Shown piece by piece: positions 55,975 to 64,000 of a stretch of 64,000 bases of DNA. How positions within the stretch are numbered: position 1 is the stretch's first letter; each line of letters opens with the position of its first letter. A model generated the notes under the pieces. The model saw nothing but the letters and a program-made list of their open reading frames with translations. It did not search any database and had not been told where the DNA came from. The stretch comes from Candidatus Doudnabacteria bacterium. Lineage in GTDB: Bacteria > Patescibacteriota > Doudnabacteria > UBA920. Position numbers and translations under genes: made by a program. The stretch covers positions 68,974 through 132,973 of the forward strand of contig JACRDK010000010.1 in assembly GCA_016218585.1 (NCBI GenBank), given 5' to 3'.

Positions 55975-57093
55975 ATGATTATAACAATTTTAATTTTTGT
56001 AGCGATTCTCGCGGTTTTAATTTTCGTCCACGAATTCGGGCACTTTATTGTGGCAAAAAAAAGCGGAATGCAGGTGGAAGAGTTTGGTTTTGGTTTCCCG
56101 CCGCGATTAGCCGGAATTCAAAAAACAGGCGGCAAGTGGAAGTGGGTTTGGGGCCATAAAGAAGTGGCGGACAAAGACCAGACGGTTTATTCCATAAACT
56201 GGATTCCTTTGGGCGGCTTTGTCAGAATTTTAGGCGAGAACAACGAGCACCAGGACAACCCCGGAAGTTTTATTAACAAAGGTTTTTGGCCGCGGTTTTT
56301 AACTTTAGTTGCCGGCGTAATTATGAATGTGCTTTTGGCCTGGGTACTTTTATCTATAGGTTTTAGCGTGGGTTTGCCGGTTGCGGTAAATAATTTAAAC
56401 GATGTGCCAAAATCCGCGCATTTTGTTGCCGGTAACATTGCCATACTGGAAGTGGTAAAAGATTTGCCGGCAGATAAAGCGGGCTTAAAGCCAAACGATA
56501 TAATTTTAGGAATTGACGGACAAAAATTTAGCGCGGTGGAAGAAGTCCAAAAATATGTTAAGGACCACGCCGGACAAAGCATTTCCTTTAATATAAAAAG
56601 AGGGCAGCAGCAGGAAAATATAAACGTAGTTCCAACCGCTAATCCGCCTGCCGGCGAAGGTCCGACGGGTATTGCCTTGGCTTTAATTGGAAAATTAAAA
56701 TATCCGGTATATTCCGCATTTTGGGAAGGCGCTAAAACCACGTGGTCAGCTTTAACCGGAATTGTTAGCGGGTTATATAATTTAATTGCTTCCCACTCTG
56801 GTTTTTCAAATCTTGGCGGTCCGGTAAAAATTGCCAAACTCACCGGCGAAGTTGCGGGCATGGGTTTTATTTATTTATTGCAATTTACCGCTTTTCTTTC
56901 CTTGAACCTGGCGGTTTTAAATATTTTGCCGTTCCCGGCATTAGACGGCGGCCGCGTTTTGTTTTTGCTGATTGAAGTTGTCCGCCGAAAAAAGAATAAT
57001 CAAAAAGTTGAGCAAATTGTAAACGGCGTTGGTTTTGCTTTGCTTTTATTACTGATGGTAGTTGTAACAATTCATGATTTAATTAAGAAATAG
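55975..57093 (+). CDS. rseP: RIP metalloprotease RseP (site-2 protease, M50, with PDZ domain)
   Basis: HEFGHFIVAK is an HExxH motif. A PDZ domain is present, and LDGG lies near the C-terminus. Confidence 0.85.
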   Translation: MIITILIFVAILAVLIFVHEFGHFIVAKKSGMQVEEFGFGFPPRLAGIQKTGGKWKWVWGHKEVADKDQTVYSINWIPLGGFVRILGENNEHQDNPGSFINKGFWPRFLTLVAGVIMNVLLAWVLLSIGFSVGLPVAVNNLNDVPKSAHFVAGNIAILEVVKDLPADKAGLKPNDIILGIDGQKFSAVEEVQKYVKDHAGQSISFNIKRGQQQENINVVPTANPPAGEGPTGIALALIGKLKYPVYSAFWEGAKTTWSALTGIVSGLYNLIASHSGFSNLGGPVKIAKLTGEVAGMGFIYLLQFTAFLSLNLAVLNILPFPALDGGRVLFLLIEVVRRKKNNQKVEQIVNGVGFALLLLLMVVVTIHDLIKK

Positions 57094-57094
57094 T

Positions 57095-57637
57095 ATGTGG
57101 GAAAAACACAGGCCAGGGTTGGATCAAGAAAAGCAGAATAGATCTTTATTCGAAGCTGCTAATCCTGATGTAGTAAGACTTGAACGTTTAAAACCTCACT
57201 ATGACGCCAGTTTAGAGTTTGATGCCGAGCGTCCGCCTAAGATTTATCCGCAAGAAGTACAATCCGAGCCTGCTGAGCTTGCCTTGGCGGAAAGTAAATT
57301 TTCTGGAAAAGAAAATCTTGAAAAAATTACCAATGCATTATATTCCGAAATTGCAGAGTCGCCTTATACAATAGAAAAAATGCAGAAAACTTCTGTTTCA
57401 GACATCCGCTCATTTCTCGTTGAGGAACTAGCAAAGTTGGGGCCAAAGCACATAAAACTTTTAATTGATGTGATAGTAAAAAATATTCCATTTACGGAAA
57501 TTCTTAAAGAACAAAAAGGCGGAGAGGTGCAGTACCAGGGCAGTAATAGCGGAGACTATAAAATGCTTCGTTACAAATACGCTAGCTTAATAGAAAGGCT
57601 AACTAAAGTTAATTTATTAAAGAAATTTAAAAAATGA
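57095..57637 (+). CDS. Hypothetical protein
   Basis: 180-aa ORF overlapping the neighbouring genes by 1-4 nt. Confidence 0.4.
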   Translation: MWEKHRPGLDQEKQNRSLFEAANPDVVRLERLKPHYDASLEFDAERPPKIYPQEVQSEPAELALAESKFSGKENLEKITNALYSEIAESPYTIEKMQKTSVSDIRSFLVEELAKLGPKHIKLLIDVIVKNIPFTEILKEQKGGEVQYQGSNSGDYKMLRYKYASLIERLTKVNLLKKFKK

Positions 57638-58863
57638 GACAATCTAAATATTTTTTAAAAACCTCCAAAACTACTCCTGCAGACGACGTTTCTGTAAACG
57701 CAAAATTGTTGGAGCAGGGAGGATTTGTTCAAAAAGCTTTGGCCGGGGTGTATTCATATTTGCCTTTGGGCTGGCGTGTGCTAAAAAAAATTGAAGCCAT
57801 TGTTCGCGAGGAGATGGACGCCGCCGGCGGTCAGGAAGTTTTTATGCCGTCATTGCATCCAAAAGCCAATTGGGAAGCAACCGGCAGATGGCAGGGCTTG
57901 GATGTGTTGTTTAAAGTTAAATCGCAGCACGGCAATGAATATGCTTTAGGCCCGACGCACGAAGAAATAGTTACCCCAATGGCCATACCGGTTATCAATT
58001 CTTATAAAGACTTGCCTTTGGCGGTTTATCAAATTCAAACCAAATTCCGCGATGAACCAAGAGCTAAAAGCGGGTTGTTGCGCGGCCGTGAATTTAGAAT
58101 GAAAGATTTGTACAGCTTTCACGCATCCTCTGAAGATTTAGAAAAATATTATAATGAAGTGGCAATTCCCGCTTATGAAAAGATTTTTCAGCGCCTTGGG
58201 TTAAATGCGTTATTTACAGAGGCCTCCGGCGGGACATTTTCCAAATTTTCTCACGAGTATCAGGTGGAGATTGAAAGCGGGGAAGATGTAATTTATATTT
58301 GTGAGAAGTGCGGAATGGCAAAGAACAAGGAAGTTTTTGAAGATGGGGCAGAATGCACTAAGTGCGGTAAAACCTCCTGGAGGGAAGCCAAGGCTTCCGA
58401 AGTCGGAAATATTTTTATGCTTCAGGAAAAATATTCCAAGCCGTTTAACTTACAATTTACAGACAGCGACGGCTCCAAGAAAACAGTAATAATGGGCTGT
58501 TATGGCATTGGAACTTCCCGTTTAATGGGCGTGATTGTAGAAAAATTCCACGACGATAAGGGGATTATTTGGCCAGCCGCGGTTGCTCCTTTTAAAGTCC
58601 ACTTAATTTCGCTTAAAGGCGGGGAAGAAACAGCGGAAAACCTCTATCAGGATTTACTAAACTCAGGCGTTGAGGTATTATATGATGACAGGGATTTGTC
58701 CGCCGGTTCAAAATTTGCAGATGCGGATTTAATCGGATTGCCATACCGCGTGGTCGTGTCGGCTAAAACCGTGGCCCAGGAAAGCGTTGAATTAAAGGAA
58801 CGCGCAGGGCAAGAATCGCAACTTGTTAAAATCAACGAGTTGGCAGATAAATTAAAAAACTAA
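57634..58863 (+). CDS. proS: Proline--tRNA ligase (short form with a CxxC...CxxC zinc-ribbon insertion)
   Basis: Class II motifs (FRDEPRAKSGLLRGREF), an anticodon-binding C-terminal domain, and CEKCG...CTKCG. Confidence 0.8.
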   Translation: MRQSKYFLKTSKTTPADDVSVNAKLLEQGGFVQKALAGVYSYLPLGWRVLKKIEAIVREEMDAAGGQEVFMPSLHPKANWEATGRWQGLDVLFKVKSQHGNEYALGPTHEEIVTPMAIPVINSYKDLPLAVYQIQTKFRDEPRAKSGLLRGREFRMKDLYSFHASSEDLEKYYNEVAIPAYEKIFQRLGLNALFTEASGGTFSKFSHEYQVEIESGEDVIYICEKCGMAKNKEVFEDGAECTKCGKTSWREAKASEVGNIFMLQEKYSKPFNLQFTDSDGSKKTVIMGCYGIGTSRLMGVIVEKFHDDKGIIWPAAVAPFKVHLISLKGGEETAENLYQDLLNSGVEVLYDDRDLSAGSKFADADLIGLPYRVVVSAKTVAQESVELKERAGQESQLVKINELADKLKN

Positions 58864-58942
58864 AATTAAAACAAAATTAAAATGCAAACAGTATGGGCAT
58901 TTTAATTTTGTTTTGTCTACGTTTAACTGATTAATAAAAATT

Positions 58943-59998
58943 TTGATGTTTGATCGATTTTATCAGAAATTTTCTAAAGATATTGGCATAGACCTGGGTA
59001 CGGCAAATACCCTGGTTTATGTTAAAGGCAAGGGGATTGTTATTAACGAGCCTTCTGTTGTGGCGGTAAACCAGCGCACCAAGCAAATTTTAGCCATTGG
59101 TTCCGAAGCAAGATTAATGGTTGGGCGAACTCCTCAGCACATTGTGGCAACCAGGCCGCTGGTAGACGGGGTTATTTCCGATTTTGAAGTTACCGAAGCA
59201 ATGCTTAGATATTTTATCGACAAGGTCCATTCCCAAACTTATACTTTTTTGCGCCGTCCGCGCGTGGTAATTGGCATTCCCTCCGGCGTTACCGAAGTAG
59301 AGAAGCGCGCGGTGCAAGACGCGGCTATTAATGCCGGCGCGGCTTCCGCTTATTTAATAGAGGAACCAATGGCCGCAGCTATTGGCAGCCGTCTTAATGT
59401 GCAGGATGCTTCCGGAAGCATGATTGTTGATATTGGGGGCGGTACAGCGGAAATAGCGGTAATTTCTTTGGGCGGGATTGTTATTTCAAAGAGCATCCGC
59501 ATTGCCGGCGACGAAATGAACGAGAATATAATTCAGTATGCCAGAGAAAATTTTAATTTATTGCTTGGCGAGCGAACCGCTGAAGACGTAAAAATAAAAA
59601 TAGGCAGCGCTTACCCGCTTGAACAGCCGCTTTATGCCCAAATGCGCGGAAGGGATTTGGTTTCCGGCTTGCCAAAAGAAGTAACCATTTCCGATACCCA
59701 GGTGCGGGAAGCTTTAATGCATAGCCTGAGAATCATCGTAAACAGCATTAAGAGCGTGATTGAAGAAGTTCCTCCGGAATTAATTTCGGATATTATGAAC
59801 AAAGGCATTGTTATGGCCGGAGGCGGGGCGCTGCTCCGCGGTTTAGACAAGTTGGTTAGGGACGCCACCGCAATGCCAATTTCTATTGCAGAAGATCCGC
59901 TCACATGCGTTGCTCGTGGCGCCGGAGTGGTGGTAGAAGATTTGGAACTTCTTAAAGATGTTTTAGTGCCGACTGAATTTGCTAAAATCCCAAGATAA
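58943..59998 (+). CDS. mreB: Rod shape-determining protein MreB
   Basis: DIGIDLGTANTLVY actin-like phosphate-1 motif. Full MreB layout. The ATG is at 58946. Confidence 0.9.
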   Translation: MMFDRFYQKFSKDIGIDLGTANTLVYVKGKGIVINEPSVVAVNQRTKQILAIGSEARLMVGRTPQHIVATRPLVDGVISDFEVTEAMLRYFIDKVHSQTYTFLRRPRVVIGIPSGVTEVEKRAVQDAAINAGAASAYLIEEPMAAAIGSRLNVQDASGSMIVDIGGGTAEIAVISLGGIVISKSIRIAGDEMNENIIQYARENFNLLLGERTAEDVKIKIGSAYPLEQPLYAQMRGRDLVSGLPKEVTISDTQVREALMHSLRIIVNSIKSVIEEVPPELISDIMNKGIVMAGGGALLRGLDKLVRDATAMPISIAEDPLTCVARGAGVVVEDLELLKDVLVPTEFAKIPR

Positions 59999-60102
59999 TA
60001 AATCGATCCGAATACAACGAATTGGTATCCGAATCTGTCCACTGTTAGGAAGGTTGGATTCATTCGGATAATTCGGATGCTATTCGGAGATTAGGATCGC
60101 TA

Positions 60103-60903
60103 ATGCGTTTTATATATACAAAAGCTTTTGCTATTTTTTTTGCTTGCCTGGTCCTCCTGGTTTTTTTGGTTTTTTTTCAAACAAAAGGCTGGCTTGATCC
60201 GGTCCGCAATGCCGTGCTTCAGTCGCCAAGGCCGGTGATTTACTTGGTTAAAGGAGTGGTAAGCCCGGTAAAAACTTTTTTCTCCACGGTTTATAGATTA
60301 AAAGATATTTCCAGTGAAAACACCCGCTTAAATTCCCGAGTCTTAGAATTGCAACAGAACTTGGTTCAGTATGAGGAAGTGTTAAGGGAAAATGAAACTT
60401 TAACTAAGGAGTTGGGTTTTGTTAAAAATAGTAAACAATCTTTGGTGGCTTGTACCGTGCTTTCTCATAACCCGTTTGGCCTTACCGACTCGTTGGTTTT
60501 AAATTGCGGGACAGAGTCCGGGGTTATAGAAGGGCAGGCCGCAATTTCTCAAGGCTATATGGTGGGCAAAGTAATATATTCCGGAAAAAATTCCAGCACC
60601 ATCCTGCTTTCAACCAGCTCGAAATTTTCTACCGACGCCAAAGTAAGCCAAACCAATGCCAGCGCAATTGTAAAGGGATCTTTTGGTTCCGGATTAATTT
60701 TAGACCAGGTTCCCCAATCCACAGATTTACAAAAAGGGTTTTTGGCCGTCACCGCAGGAATTAACGATAAAATCCCAAAAGATATTTTAATTGGCGAGGT
60801 TGGTGATATTGTTTCCACCAGCAACGACTTGTTTAAAAGAGCGTCTCTGGTAAGCCCGGCGGATTTTGAAAACCTGCAGTTTGTTTTTATTGTTAAGCAA
60901 TAA
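60103..60903 (+). CDS. mreC: Rod shape-determining protein MreC
   Basis: An N-terminal TM helix, a coiled-coil and a beta domain. It follows mreB. Confidence 0.7.
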   Translation: MRFIYTKAFAIFFACLVLLVFLVFFQTKGWLDPVRNAVLQSPRPVIYLVKGVVSPVKTFFSTVYRLKDISSENTRLNSRVLELQQNLVQYEEVLRENETLTKELGFVKNSKQSLVACTVLSHNPFGLTDSLVLNCGTESGVIEGQAAISQGYMVGKVIYSGKNSSTILLSTSSKFSTDAKVSQTNASAIVKGSFGSGLILDQVPQSTDLQKGFLAVTAGINDKIPKDILIGEVGDIVSTSNDLFKRASLVSPADFENLQFVFIVKQ

Positions 60904-61046
60904 ATTAAAGATGCAAATTTGCAGATGCACTAATGAAACTAATATCTACAGATGCTAAAAAAACAGAATTAACGGTTATTTGCCTGCCTACCGGCAGGCA
61001 GGTATTATTAGTGCATTAGTATATTAGTATCGCGTATTAGTACACT

Positions 61047-61583
61047 ATGAAATATATAATTTATTTATTTTTAATAGTCTTGCTTCTTGGAATTAATTTG
61101 GGGCTGTTTGGCCAGATGCCGATTGCCAAACAGGTTCCTAATTTGCTTTTTTTATTCACGATTTTTTTTGCCCTGGAGAAAAAAGGATACGACTTTTACT
61201 TTATTGCTTTTATTTCCGGCTTGCTGTTAGATTTTTTTTATACCGGTTTTTTTGGCTCCTTTACCCTGGCGTTCTTAATTTCTTCATCTTGCCTGCACCT
61301 GTTAAGTGACACTTTTATAGTTTTTGAATTAAACTGGAAATCTTTAAGCGGGTTGCTATTCGGGGCTTTGGCCGTTGCTTATCTGGTTGTCTGGCTGTAT
61401 GGGCTTATGGTTTATAAATTTAATTGGACTCATGATTTTGAAAGTTTTTCTTTGTTTTCCCGTTACTTCTTAATAAATTTTTTGTACAATTGGGCTTTGC
61501 TTTATCCAATGTATATTGTCTATACCCTGTTAAAGCAAGGGGTGGACAGTTTAACTATTCGCCGTCGTGGCATAGTGAGGTGA
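61047..61583 (+). CDS. mreD: Polytopic membrane protein, probable MreD
   Basis: Five hydrophobic helices. Lies between mreC and PBP2. Confidence 0.5.
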   Translation: MKYIIYLFLIVLLLGINLGLFGQMPIAKQVPNLLFLFTIFFALEKKGYDFYFIAFISGLLLDFFYTGFFGSFTLAFLISSSCLHLLSDTFIVFELNWKSLSGLLFGALAVAYLVVWLYGLMVYKFNWTHDFESFSLFSRYFLINFLYNWALLYPMYIVYTLLKQGVDSLTIRRRGIVR

Positions 61584-61587
61584 GCTT

Positions 61588-63540
61588 ATGAGAAATCCAT
61601 TTGAAATAAAAACCAGTTTTAGAAAACCGGACAGTTTAAAACCTTTAGACTGGGAAGAATCTGCCGTTGACTCAAATAGTTCGGTAGACGAGCTGCACGA
61701 TGCCGAAAGAGTCGGCCCTAAGCAGAGCTGGCTATGGATGGTTTTGGTTTTGACGTTTGGAATTTTTGGCGCGAGAATATTTTTTTTGCAGATTGTCCGC
61801 GGTTCGGATTTTAGAACAATGTCGGACAATAATCGCGTGCGCAGCCAAAGCCTGCTTGCTCCCCGCGGTTTAATTTTGGACAATTACGGACAAATTCTTG
61901 CGCAAAATACCGCCAGTTTTAACCTGGTGGCAATTCCTTTTGATTTGCCTAAAAACGCGCAGGATCTGGAAACGGAAGTAAATACAATTTCCTCAACTTT
62001 TATTTTTGATAAAGATGAAGTTTTAAAAAAATTGCGCGCAGCTTCGCCGGCACAGCTTACTCCCATTGTAATTTTGCAGGACATAAGCCAGGATCAGGCG
62101 ATTTTATTTGAAACCAGAGCCAGCGAATTTATTGGTTTTTCGGTTCAGCAGATTCCCGTGCGCGATTACGTGGAGGCTCCGGTTTTTTCCCATATTCTTG
62201 GCTATACGGGATTGGTAAGCGAAGATGATTTAAAACATTTAAACAAAGACATATACGATTCAGTTGATTTTACCGGAAAGTCCGGAATTGAGTCGGTTTA
62301 TGAAAATTATCTGCACGGAGAAAATGGCAGGGATTTAGTGGAGGTAGACGCGACCGGAAAGCTGCTTAATATTTTGGGGCAAAATAGTCCGCTTCCGGGC
62401 AACACGCTGCAGTTAAATATAGACAAAGGGCTTCAGGAAAAACTTTATAATGATTTAAAAGCCGGCAATAATCCCAAAGCGGCCGCGGTTGCTATTAATC
62501 CAAAGACCGGGCAAGTTTTGGCGCTGGTGAGTTTGCCGGGTTTTGATAATAATTTATTTGCCCATGGCATAAAAAAACAAGACTACAGCCTGTTAATAAA
62601 CGACAAAAATTTACCATTATTTAACCGCGCCATTGCCGGGACTTATCCGCCGGGATCAACAGTAAAGCCAATGGTGGCGTTAGCGGCGCTGCAGGAGGGA
62701 ACAATAAGCCCGAATACCGTAATTAATGACCGCGGAGTTTTAGTAATTCCAAATCAGTTCAATCCCGCTATTAGCTATAATTTTTACGGCTGGGACAGGG
62801 GAGGCTTAGGCCCGATGAATGTTTATTCCGCGATTGCCGAAAGTAGCGACATTTATTTTTATACCGTTGCCGGCGGGCATCCGAGCAGCCAGGTAAAAGG
62901 CTTGGGCGCGGAAAAATTGGCGGAGTATTATAAAAAATTTAATTTGGGCAGCCCGGTTGGAATTGATTTGCCAGGAGAGAAGCCCGGGGTTGTGGCGGAT
63001 CCAACCTGGAAGGCAAATTATTTTAAAAATGACCCAATTTTAAGCAAGTGGTATTTGGGCGACACCTACCATATTGGCATTGGCCAGGGAGATATGCTGG
63101 TAACACCTCTGCAGGTGGCCGAATGGACCGCAACAATTGCCAATGGCGGAACCGGCATGAAGCCGCAGCTTTTAAACAAAGTTATGGACACTAATGGAAA
63201 AACAATCTTTCAAAACCAGCCCCAGGTTTTAGTCCAGAAATTTGTTGATGATGCAAATATTAAAGCAGTGCAGCAAGGCATGCGGGAAACAGTTATTTCC
63301 GGCAGCGGACACCAGCTTGCTTCTTTGCCGATTACATCCGCCGGAAAAACCGGTACTTCTCAGTTCGACGGAGCCGACCCAAAGCGAACCCACGCCTGGT
63401 TTACGGCTTATGCGCCTTATGAAGATCCGCAAATTGTAATTACTGTTTTGGTGGAAGCCGGCGGTGAAGGGCACATTGCTTCCGTGCCGGTTGTAAAAGA
63501 CGCGTTATTGTGGTGGGCGCAGAATAGATATGGAAAATAG
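61588..63540 (+). CDS. mrdA: Penicillin-binding protein 2 (transpeptidase)
   Basis: An N-terminal TM helix, a dimerisation domain, and the transpeptidase motifs STVKP, SxN-like and KTGT. Confidence 0.85.
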   Translation: MRNPFEIKTSFRKPDSLKPLDWEESAVDSNSSVDELHDAERVGPKQSWLWMVLVLTFGIFGARIFFLQIVRGSDFRTMSDNNRVRSQSLLAPRGLILDNYGQILAQNTASFNLVAIPFDLPKNAQDLETEVNTISSTFIFDKDEVLKKLRAASPAQLTPIVILQDISQDQAILFETRASEFIGFSVQQIPVRDYVEAPVFSHILGYTGLVSEDDLKHLNKDIYDSVDFTGKSGIESVYENYLHGENGRDLVEVDATGKLLNILGQNSPLPGNTLQLNIDKGLQEKLYNDLKAGNNPKAAAVAINPKTGQVLALVSLPGFDNNLFAHGIKKQDYSLLINDKNLPLFNRAIAGTYPPGSTVKPMVALAALQEGTISPNTVINDRGVLVIPNQFNPAISYNFYGWDRGGLGPMNVYSAIAESSDIYFYTVAGGHPSSQVKGLGAEKLAEYYKKFNLGSPVGIDLPGEKPGVVADPTWKANYFKNDPILSKWYLGDTYHIGIGQGDMLVTPLQVAEWTATIANGGTGMKPQLLNKVMDTNGKTIFQNQPQVLVQKFVDDANIKAVQQGMRETVISGSGHQLASLPITSAGKTGTSQFDGADPKRTHAWFTAYAPYEDPQIVITVLVEAGGEGHIASVPVVKDALLWWAQNRYGK

Positions 63541-63618
63541 CATATAGGATTTAGGACGGGGGATGTGTTATGTAGGCTGCTTGATACTAAGCGTTAATTC
63601 CCTTATACTTGAACTAAT

Positions 63619-64000
63619 ATGATAATTGACGGGAAAAAAATTGCCGCAGAAATTTTAAGTTCGGTAAAAGAACAGGTTAAGGCTTTGCCTTTTGTGCCGA
63701 TTTTTTGCGATGTGCTGGTTGGCGAAGATCCTTCTTCCACCCAGTATGTTCGAATGAAGGCAAAAACCGCCGACGACATTGGAATTAAATTTTTACAGGC
63801 AAATTTTCCCGAATCAATTTCTACTGAGGAATTAGTTAATGAAATTCAAGCGCTAAACAAAACCCCGGGGCTTTGCGGGCTAATTGTTCAGTTGCCATTG
63901 CCAAAACACATTGCCACCCAGCAAATTTTGGATGCGATTGACCCTAGTATAGACGTGGACTGTACTGGAACTGCTAATTCAGGGCTTTTTTACAACAATC
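63619..64000 (+). CDS. folD: Bifunctional methylenetetrahydrofolate dehydrogenase/cyclohydrolase FolD, partial at the 3' end
   Basis: MIIDGKKIAAEI...YVRMKAKTADDIGI...GLIVQLPLP. The ORF runs off the window end. Confidence 0.8.
   Translation, partial: MIIDGKKIAAEILSSVKEQVKALPFVPIFCDVLVGEDPSSTQYVRMKAKTADDIGIKFLQANFPESISTEELVNEIQALNKTPGLCGLIVQLPLPKHIATQQILDAIDPSIDVDCTGTANSGLFYNN

Noticed and set aside
57634-58863. Unusually short ProRS (409 aa) with a zinc ribbon, as a possible novel synthetase variant.
   Set aside because: Compact ProRS with a Cys-rich insertion is common in reduced genomes. Catalytic and anticodon-binding motifs are intact.

Overview
This is an AT-rich (~38% GC), densely packed bacterial window on both strands. 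Gene content and style resemble a CPR/Patescibacteria-like small genome; that taxonomic call is inference. All protein identities rest on motifs recognised by eye. No BLAST or HMM search could be run, so each needs confirmation.

From 5' to 3' the window contains:
- A type IV secretion / DNA-uptake-like cluster (membrane protein, PrgI/VirB3-like, VirB4 ATPase, membrane-anchored lytic-transglycosylase fusion, TolB-like protein). Two 'four-helix-bundle' (23S IVS protein-like) genes are inserted in it. One appears to split virB4 into two ORFs.
- radA; recG carrying an in-frame ~160 aa GxxExxY (PD-(D/E)XK-like) insertion; and a tRNA-Arg(CCG) next to tRNA half-remnants and a 20-bp GC palindrome.
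- A NUDIX hydrolase, tRNA-Ser(TGA), and an ECF sigma / anti-sigma pair.
- The most unusual locus (~21.6-32.1 kb, minus strand). It encodes one PPDK/PEP-synthase N-terminal ATP-binding domain protein plus five tandem paralogs. The paralogs have divergent N-terminal domains and near-identical C-terminal PEP-utilising phosphohistidine swivel domains. Histidine-phosphatase-like genes are interspersed, one of them in a GC-rich foreign patch. This looks like a split, diversified rifampin-phosphotransferase / PEP-synthase-like phosphotransfer system.
- tRNA-Ser(GCT) with a truncated duplicate, comF, clpC, recX, htpX and lemA.
- A TrpR/YerC-like regulator with a perfect 16-bp inverted-repeat operator. 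It is followed by a LOG/SLOG-AstE/AspA fusion, a GNAT and a PRTase-like gene.
- secA, then a REP-RAYT-REP unit carrying an in-frame stop codon, then gatC, gatA and gatB.
- A ~2 kb GC-rich (~58%) foreign island encoding a signal-peptide protein.
- miaA, holB, a BNR-repeat protein, frr, rseP, proS, mreB, mreC, mreD, PBP2 and the start of folD.
- Several families of short intergenic repeats: heptad TTAATTC-type arrays, an AGCATATAGAATTTAG motif and GC-rich palindromes.

No CRISPR array or rRNA was seen.
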